From Clostridia bacterium (GTDB taxonomy: Bacteria > Bacillota > Clostridia > UMGS1883 > UMGS1540), in the NCBI GenBank assembly GCA_045533905.1, contig JAZSIR010000002.1, forward strand, positions 14,622 to 78,621: a DNA stretch of 64,000 bases, in the 5' to 3' direction. How positions within the stretch are numbered: the first letter of the stretch is position 1; each line of letters opens with the position of its first letter. The notes beneath the pieces were generated by a model that was not told where the DNA came from, did not search any database, and was given only the letters and a program-made list of their open reading frames with translations. Below, piece after piece: positions 57,710-64,000 of this stretch. The translations under genes were made by a program, and so were the position numbers.

Positions 57710-58144
57710 ATGCAAGGGATTGAAACCATCTTAAAAGAACAGAACATATTTTTGGGCAAAACCGAAGGCGACAGTATGGAGCCTATGCTTTGTGCGGGGC
57801 GCGATACGGTTTTGATTGTGCCGCCCACCTTCCCGCTCCGGCGCGGAGATGTGCCTGTATACCGTTCCAGGGGGCACTACACGATGCACCGCATTCTTCT
57901 GAAAACGCGGCGTGGGTATATCATTTGCGGCGACAATCGCGTGTGGCCCGAGCGCGGCATCCGCGATACAGATATTGTGGGCGTTTTAGATGCCTTTTAT
58001 CACGATGGAACGTATGTTTCCGTCCGTGATGCTTCCTATAAAAAATATGTGCGGCGTGTTCTTCGGCGATACCCTTTCCGCCTTATCGCTTTTATTTTCC
58101 AAAAGGGTGTACAAAAAATTACAAGAAAAGGAAATGCAAAATGA
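57710..58144 (+). CDS. S24/S26 family peptidase (soluble, Ser-His type)
   Basis: GDSMEPML, MHRI, CGDN; no N-terminal TM. Confidence 0.8.
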   Translation: MQGIETILKEQNIFLGKTEGDSMEPMLCAGRDTVLIVPPTFPLRRGDVPVYRSRGHYTMHRILLKTRRGYIICGDNRVWPERGIRDTDIVGVLDAFYHDGTYVSVRDASYKKYVRRVLRRYPFRLIAFIFQKGVQKITRKGNAK

Positions 58145-58395
58145 AACTGTGTGACGGCTTTATTACCCGCAAAATTATGGACGATACGGTTCTTATGAAT
58201 CTTCACAATGCCGAAAAGCTTATGCGATTAAACGGCACGGCCGCCGAGATTCTCGCGCTTTTACTGGAAGGCCGCACAGAGGCGGAAATTGCCGCCGAGC
58301 TTGCCGCCTCCTATGATGTGGATGCGGCGCGTGCACTTTCGGATGTGCAGATGTGTGTGGAAACGCTCCGCGCACTCGGTGCTTTGGAAGAATAA
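58141..58395 (+). CDS. PqqD family / RiPP recognition element protein
   Basis: 84 aa with F..R.I....VL, LNGTA..I..LL, L...YDVD...A..DV..L...G.LEE pattern. Confidence 0.88.
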   Translation: MKLCDGFITRKIMDDTVLMNLHNAEKLMRLNGTAAEILALLLEGRTEAEIAAELAASYDVDAARALSDVQMCVETLRALGALEE

Positions 58396-58396
58396 C

Positions 58397-58424
58397 AAAA
58401 GGGAACGCTATGGCGTTCCCTTTT
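58397..58424 (+). terminator. Terminator after the PqqD gene
   Basis: aaaagggaacgc/gcgttccctttt. Confidence 0.85.
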
Positions 58425-58493
58425 ATGCATATATTTGACATTTCGGGGCGTTTATGATATCATTAAACCGATATTCCAAGGAGGCGCAAAAGT

Positions 58494-60164
58494 ATGAAAA
58501 AAACATCTACCTTATCCTGGATATGGAAATATATAAAGGGGCAACGGGGGCTTCTCACGGTGTTAAGCGTTTCAAGTATGATTACGTCGTCGGCATATGT
58601 GGTGCCCGCGCTTCTTTCTCGGCGCGCCATAAACACCGCGCTTTCAGCCGCTTCTTTCAGCGAGGCGCTGCCGCTTCTTTTAGAAATTGGCCTTTATTTT
58701 CTTCTTGTAATTCTCGCGCAGCTTGGCCTTTCCGCGCTGAACACACACCTTCGTATGCTGATAAGCGGGCGTATGGAAATTGCGCTTCGGCAAAGCTTTT
58801 TCAAAACGCTTCTCGGGAAGAACTACGCCTCTGTTTCCGGCCTCCACTCGGGCGAAGTCTTAAACCGCTTCACCTCGGACGTAGATATTGTGGTTTCCGG
58901 CATTACGGATTTTATCCCCGAGGCGCTCGCCATTTTGGCAAAGCTTGCGGCAGGTCTTGTTGTTGTGCTCTCTTTTTCCCCTTCGTTTGCGGTGCTTTCC
59001 GTACTTGTCGGCCTTTCGATGCTTGCACTGGTGCTCCTCTTCCGTCCGCTGTATAAGAAAATGCACAAAGCCGTGCAGGAGGCCTCGGGTGTCTCGCGCA
59101 GCTTTGCGCAGGAATGTGTAGAAAACATTGTGGTGGTAAAAACCTTCTCGGGCCGCACACACTTTTTAGAAAAACTGCGGCAGCATATGGAAAAGCTCTA
59201 CCGCACAAAGCTCCGCCGCAGTATTTTCACAAACTTTGCAGAAAAAGGGCTTTCGCTGATTTTCACGCTCGTATATTACGGCACGCTTTTATGGGGCGCG
59301 GCCTCCATCGCAGACGGCAGTATGGACTACGGAACACTTATGGCTTTTCTCCAGATCGTTTCACAGATACAGGCCCCTTTTGTAAATGCATCCGGCCTTA
59401 TTACGCGTCTGTATGCGGCCACGGCTTCTGCCGAACGGCTTCGCGAGCTGGAAGACTTCCCCGAGGAAATGGCATATTCCACCCTCTCCCCCTCTACATA
59501 CGAAAGCCTTTCGGGCATCGGGGCCGAAGCGCTTGCCTTCCGTTATGATCAAGAAAATATTTTGGAGAACACCTCGTTCTTCCTCCCCAAAGGCAGTATG
59601 ACGGCGATTACCGGTACCTCCGGCACGGGCAAGAGTACACTTTTCCGTCTGCTTTTAGGCCTCTTTCCTCCAAATGCCGGTCGCCTCTTCGCACGTACAG
59701 CCGATGGCGAAATCTCCCTCGATGCAGGCACACGCGCGCTTTTTGCCTATGTGCCGCAGGGAAACCTTCTCCTTTCAGGCACCATCCGCGAGAATATCAA
59801 GTTCTTACATCCCGCCGTTTCCGATGCACAGATGGAAGAAGCGGCACGGGCGGCGTGTATTTACGACTTTATCGCCTCCCTCCCCAAAGGGTTTGACACA
59901 GAAATCGGTGAACGCGGCGGTGGCCTTTCCGAAGGACAGATGCAGCGCATCTCCGTAGCGCGCGCCCTTTGCGCAGATGCCCCGATTCTGCTTCTTGACG
60001 AATGTACCTCAGCTCTTGACAGCGCCACCGAAGAAGCAATGCTTCGGAATATTGCGGCGCTGAAAACCAAGACAGTGCTTTTCATTTCACACAAAAACGC
60101 GGCCTTCTCCTTCTGCGATACACACCTTTCTGTAAAAGACGGTCAGATTGCCGTGGTAGAATAA
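58494..60164 (+). CDS. ABC exporter (fused TMD-NBD)
   Basis: About six TM segments, GTSGTGKST, YVPQG, LSEGQ signature, LLLDE, ISH; own TTGACA-N17-TATCAT promoter at 58435-58463. Confidence 0.92.
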   Translation: MKKTSTLSWIWKYIKGQRGLLTVLSVSSMITSSAYVVPALLSRRAINTALSAASFSEALPLLLEIGLYFLLVILAQLGLSALNTHLRMLISGRMEIALRQSFFKTLLGKNYASVSGLHSGEVLNRFTSDVDIVVSGITDFIPEALAILAKLAAGLVVVLSFSPSFAVLSVLVGLSMLALVLLFRPLYKKMHKAVQEASGVSRSFAQECVENIVVVKTFSGRTHFLEKLRQHMEKLYRTKLRRSIFTNFAEKGLSLIFTLVYYGTLLWGAASIADGSMDYGTLMAFLQIVSQIQAPFVNASGLITRLYAATASAERLRELEDFPEEMAYSTLSPSTYESLSGIGAEALAFRYDQENILENTSFFLPKGSMTAITGTSGTGKSTLFRLLLGLFPPNAGRLFARTADGEISLDAGTRALFAYVPQGNLLLSGTIRENIKFLHPAVSDAQMEEAARAACIYDFIASLPKGFDTEIGERGGGLSEGQMQRISVARALCADAPILLLDECTSALDSATEEAMLRNIAALKTKTVLFISHKNAAFSFCDTHLSVKDGQIAVVE

Positions 60165-60188
60165 AACAGCTGAAACCCCATAAAACAC

Positions 60189-60218
60189 AAGGGACTCTCC
60201 ATTTCTGAGAGTCCCTTT
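60189..60218. terminator. Terminator between the ABC exporter and cdaR
   Basis: aagggactctc/gagagtccctt. Confidence 0.75.
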
Positions 60219-60259
60219 CCGTATATATTTACTTTTTGCGCTTCGGCCTTTTTCATCCC

Positions 60260-61171
60260 CTACTCGAAATAGTATTCTGCAGAAGCTGTGGAAGGCCCGA
60301 GAACCATTACGCCTTCCGGATACACAAGCTGCACCGGGCCGCTCTTTGCGGGCGAAGCGGAAAAATCAAGCCATACCTTATAGGCACCGCGCACAGGCTC
60401 TGCCGAAAGGAGTACCGAAAGCTCACCCTGCACATTCGCCGCCTCCGGCGTGTATTTCACTTCGCGGATTTCTACATTCTCCGGCACATTCGCCGCCTCA
60501 ATCTCAATCGGCATTGCGCGCGTGGCGGAGATGGAAACCGTATCATTTTCAATTTTTACCGTATCGCTTATAAAGCGCTCGCCGCTCATATCAAAAAGCG
60601 AAACTGTATATGTTTCTGCCGCGTCGCCGCCGGAAAGGTCTACAAATACGCCTGCCTTCAGCCGTTCCAGAAGCGTTTTCGGCCCCGTAATCTGCACAGA
60701 AGAGGGCGAAGCCACGAAATTCCGGATTCCAAGCGTCTCAGCACCCTGCGAGGTAATGACGACTGTTTTCTCCACTGTTGCAAGAAGGTCAGCCTGGCAC
60801 GATACGGAATCTATGGACCGTTTGCCGACGCGAAGCCCCGATTCGGGGAGTGTGATTTGCACAGGCAGTGCATACGTGCCTGCATCTGTGATGGTGCTGT
60901 ACTGCACAGTGGCCTTTACTGCTTTTTCCGAAAGGCGCTGCAGCGCCGATTTTCTGCCTACAATCTTTACATTCACCGTTTCCGGCTGCTCATTGGCAAC
61001 GAAGGTGATACCCTGCGCAGAAAGCTCCTCCGCACCCACGTAGGAAATCGGGATGTTCCGGACCCACATCTGCATTTCGGGATCCTCCGTATATGTGACA
61101 TACAGCCAAAGGACAATCGCGCAAAATGCACAGAGGATTCGCGTTACATGTTTTCTTACTTCTTTTTCCAC
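60260..61171 (-). CDS. cdaR: YbbR-domain diadenylate cyclase regulator
   Basis: AIVLWLYV....P anchor, beta-rich YbbR repeats (V.I.G motifs); follows cdaA. Confidence 0.82.
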   Translation of the reverse strand: MEKEVRKHVTRILCAFCAIVLWLYVTYTEDPEMQMWVRNIPISYVGAEELSAQGITFVANEQPETVNVKIVGRKSALQRLSEKAVKATVQYSTITDAGTYALPVQITLPESGLRVGKRSIDSVSCQADLLATVEKTVVITSQGAETLGIRNFVASPSSVQITGPKTLLERLKAGVFVDLSGGDAAETYTVSLFDMSGERFISDTVKIENDTVSISATRAMPIEIEAANVPENVEIREVKYTPEAANVQGELSVLLSAEPVRGAYKVWLDFSASPAKSGPVQLVYPEGVMVLGPSTASAEYYFE

Positions 61172-62007
61172 CGCAAGCTCCCCTTCCAATTCCGTAATTC
61201 TTCTACCGGCTTCGGCGCTTCCGCTTCTACGAGGTAGTTATATAAGGTTCTGCGGAGTGTATCCGCGGTGAGATTCCGGACCATATCCCCATCCCGTGCA
61301 AACGAAATTTTGCCCGTTTCCTCTGAAACGACAACCACGATCGCGTCGGAAACCTCGGTAATACCGAGAGCAGCGCGGTGGCGCGTGCCGAGCTCGCGGG
61401 AAAGGGAATCGTTCTGCGTGAGCGGCAAAAGACAGCCGGCGGCGCTGATGCGCCCCTCACGGATCACAACGGCACCGTCATGGAGCGGTGTGTTCGGCAT
61501 AAAGATATTGATAAGAAGCGAGCTTGTAATGTCGGCCGAAAGAGAGGTGCCCGTCGTCACAATTTCGCCGATGCGCGTGCCGCGTTCGATAACAATAAGT
61601 GCACCGATTTTATGGGCGGAAAGATAGGTGGCTGCTTCCGAAAGTTCTTCCACCATTTTATCCACGTTCTCCGGCGATGCGCCAAAGAGATTGCCGATTT
61701 TACTGCGCCCCACCTTCTCGAGAAGACGGCGGAGCTCCGGCTGGAAAATAATAATCAGGGCAATAAAACCGACCTGCATAACATTTTCCAGAATATATGT
61801 GATGGTGTGCAGATGCAAAAGCGTACTGCCCCAAAGTATCACGAGCAGAATGACAATCGCTTTTACAAGCTGCTGTGCGCGGGTTTCGCGTACGATTTTA
61901 ATGCCTTTATAAATGGCAAATGCCACAATCGCAATATCGATAAAATCCGTAATGCGAAGGAGCGTTAAAAATCGCCATACAGAGTCGAAAAATTGCACCG
62001 AATTCAC
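61156..62007 (-). CDS. cdaA: Diadenylate cyclase CdaA
   Basis: Three TM segments, FQPELRR.LE, PLHDGA, GTRHRAA, VSEETG. Confidence 0.95.
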   Translation of the reverse strand: MNSVQFFDSVWRFLTLLRITDFIDIAIVAFAIYKGIKIVRETRAQQLVKAIVILLVILWGSTLLHLHTITYILENVMQVGFIALIIIFQPELRRLLEKVGRSKIGNLFGASPENVDKMVEELSEAATYLSAHKIGALIVIERGTRIGEIVTTGTSLSADITSSLLINIFMPNTPLHDGAVVIREGRISAAGCLLPLTQNDSLSRELGTRHRAALGITEVSDAIVVVVSEETGKISFARDGDMVRNLTADTLRRTLYNYLVEAEAPKPVEELRNWKGSLRWKKK

Positions 62008-62030
62008 CCTTTCCTTCTGTTTCTTTTTTT

Positions 62031-62131
62031 ATTATATAATAAAGGAAATCATTTGTCAAGGCGAAAACGCCCCGATTTTTGCCGTTTTTCTGTGCTTTTC
62101 CGTTGACAAAGTCGGGGAAATGTGGCATAAT
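62031..62131. promoter_or_regulatory. Divergent sigma-A promoters
   Basis: Minus strand TTGACA(62059)-N17-TATAAT(62031); plus strand TTGACA(62103)-N17-CATAAT(62126). Confidence 0.65.
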
Positions 62132-62173
62132 AAATGAGATTTCACAAAAAGATTTGGAAAGAAAATATGATGA

Positions 62174-62452
62174 TACAGTTTCATATATATCCGGGGCTAC
62201 AGCCACGAACTGAAAACGGAAGAGGACTGGGGCGCAATGGAAATGCTTCCTGAAACGCTTTCGGGAAGCGGCAAGATCCGGTACGCGACCAATATGGAAA
62301 TCTATTCGTATTTTGCGGCACAAAAGCAATTACAGATTTCAGCAGATGAAACTGTTTTTTATAACCCCTCAAATATGCCGGTATGGGTCGAGAGAGACAA
62401 AACGGAAATGCTCGAAATCCCTGCCGAGAAAACTGTAACATTTACAAAGTAA
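62174..62452 (+). pseudogene. C-terminal remnant of a polysaccharide deacetylase family gene
   Basis: Frame reads FIYIRGYSHEL...W...IRYATNMEIY.Y..A...L..SAD...YNPS...VW, matching the recalled YxWGHSxE...IWYATNxEIY...YNPS C-terminus. No N-terminus; in-frame stop at 62171. Confidence 0.6.
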
Positions 62453-62463
62453 GGAGAAAACAT

Positions 62464-63837
62464 ATGAACCAAAGAGAAACCTTTTCCTCTCGCCTCGGAT
62501 TTATCCTGATTTCGGCCGGCTGTGCCATCGGTCTCGGTAACGTATACCGTTTCCCGATTATCACAGGTGCATACGGCGGTGCACTTTTTGTGCTTTTCTA
62601 CATTGCCTTTTTGCTTCTTTTGGGGCTCCCGATTATGATTATGGAGCTTTCCGTAGGCCGCGCCTCTCGGCGAAGCATTGCCTCCTCGTTTGACGTACTC
62701 GAAAAACCCGGACAAAAATGGCATCTTCTCAAATACCTTGGTATTGCAGGCAATTACCTTCTGATGATGTTTTACACCACCATCTCCGGCTGGATGCTGA
62801 TTTATTTCTGGAAATATGCCTCCGGCTCCATTTTGGTGCATAAAACCCCTGAAGCCCTTAGCGGCGTTTTCGGCAGTATTGTGGCAAACCCCTGGCTTTT
62901 AACCGCCACCACCACTGCCGTAATCGTGATTTGCTTTAGCATCTGTTCGCTCGGTCTTCAAAAAGGCGTGGAGAGAATTACCAAAAAAATGATGCTTGCA
63001 CTGTTCGCTTTGATGATTGGCCTTGCCGTGTATGCCTGCACGCTCGAAAATGCAGGCGAAGGCCTTCGCTTCTACCTCATCCCGAATCTCCAGAGCATCC
63101 GCGAAAGCGGCCTTTGGACGGTCGTTTCCGCCGCGATGGGGCAAGCCTTTTTCACGCTCAGCATCGGCATCGGGTCTATGGCTATTTTTGGTAGCTATAT
63201 TGAAAAGGACCGCCGCCTCGGAGGCGAAGCACTTACGATTATGTCGCTCGATACTGCGGTAGCGCTCATGTCCGGTCTTATCATTTTCCCTGCCGCATTT
63301 ACGTATAATAACGGCGTTACGGCCGACGCCTCCACCGTTGGCGCAGGCTTTTTGTTCACCACGCTTTCTTCTATTTTCAATACAATGCCGGGCGGCAGAA
63401 TCGTGGGCACGCTCTTCTTCCTCTTTATGATTTTCGCCGCATTTTCCACTGTTATCGCCGTATTTGAAAATATCATTTCCTTCTGGCTCGAGCTTACAAA
63501 GCTTTCGCGCCGGAAAGTGTGTGCGATTAACATTTTCCTCGTTCTTATCCTCTCCCTGCCGACAATTTTAGGCTTTAACGTACTTTCCGAGGTACAGATT
63601 TTCGGCAAAGGCTTTATGGACCTTGAGGACTTCACCGTTTCGAACATACTCCTTCCGCTTGGCTCCCTCGGGTACCTCCTCTTTTGTACCACACGGTACG
63701 GCTGGGGCTGGAAATCCTTCTTTGAGGAAGCAAACACGGGTGAACGCGGTCTCCGCTTCCCCCGTATTCTGAAGGGCTATGTCACCTTCGTGCTTCCCAT
63801 AATTATTATCATTTTATTTATCGCTTCTGTTTTATAA
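62464..63837 (+). CDS. Sodium-dependent transporter (NSS/SNF family)
   Basis: RE.FSSRLGF..SAGCAIGLGN.YRFP, GQAFFTLSIG, many TM segments; AAGGAG RBS. Confidence 0.94.
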   Translation: MNQRETFSSRLGFILISAGCAIGLGNVYRFPIITGAYGGALFVLFYIAFLLLLGLPIMIMELSVGRASRRSIASSFDVLEKPGQKWHLLKYLGIAGNYLLMMFYTTISGWMLIYFWKYASGSILVHKTPEALSGVFGSIVANPWLLTATTTAVIVICFSICSLGLQKGVERITKKMMLALFALMIGLAVYACTLENAGEGLRFYLIPNLQSIRESGLWTVVSAAMGQAFFTLSIGIGSMAIFGSYIEKDRRLGGEALTIMSLDTAVALMSGLIIFPAAFTYNNGVTADASTVGAGFLFTTLSSIFNTMPGGRIVGTLFFLFMIFAAFSTVIAVFENIISFWLELTKLSRRKVCAINIFLVLILSLPTILGFNVLSEVQIFGKGFMDLEDFTVSNILLPLGSLGYLLFCTTRYGWGWKSFFEEANTGERGLRFPRILKGYVTFVLPIIIIILFIASVL

Positions 63838-63863
63838 AAGTGTATAGAAAAAGCGACTGCTTT

Positions 63864-64000
63864 TGAACAAGTCCAGTAAAAACGGACAATAGAAAAAAAG
63901 CACCTCCTATGGTAGAATAAAAATACCATAGGAGGTTTTGTTATGTCAGGAATTAAAGGAATGAAAAAGTATCCACAAGGAATTAGAGAAAAGATTGTAT
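63864..64000 (+). mobile_element. Left end of an IS3-family insertion sequence (truncated by window edge)
   Basis: Starts with 5'-TG (tgaacaagtccagtaaaaacggaca); abrupt drop in GC; RBS-sequestering 13-bp hairpin; orfA start at 63943 (MSGIKGMKKYPQGIREKIV). Confidence 0.65.

Overview
A 64-kb chromosomal segment from a spore-forming anaerobic Clostridia-like (Bacillota) bacterium. It is mostly core genome: spoIIE (partial), engB, maf-mreC-mreD-pbp2-minD-mgsA, tRNA-Gly(GCC), hflX-yigZ-SLOG-rsmA, GTP-PEPCK, mgtE, spoIIAA-AB-sigF, rnpB, glgCD-pdaA, ftsEX-M23-S41, hydEGF, mtlD, rnj, mnmA, a membrane pyrophosphatase, thrR-hom-lysC-rlmB-apgM-dusB-mnmG-rsmG-noc, cdaA-cdaR, an NSS transporter, and the left end of an IS3-family element at the right edge. 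There is no prophage, CRISPR array or rRNA. The strongest leads are: (1) a seven-gene D-amino-acid/5-oxoproline operon (dat, DUF4392, pxpBC, DUF1445, pxpA, alr); (2) a cyclase-less RRE (PqqD) cassette with an HPrK-like kinase, a soluble S26 peptidase and an ABC exporter; (3) two copies of a ~200-bp highly structured element with terminal inverted repeats; (4) a three-way attenuator upstream of the hydrogenase maturase operon; (5) a structured non-M-box leader upstream of mgtE; (6) a DnaA-box cluster with no dnaA nearby; (7) a motif-divergent membrane pyrophosphatase. All family assignments come from motif recognition by eye, not from database searches.
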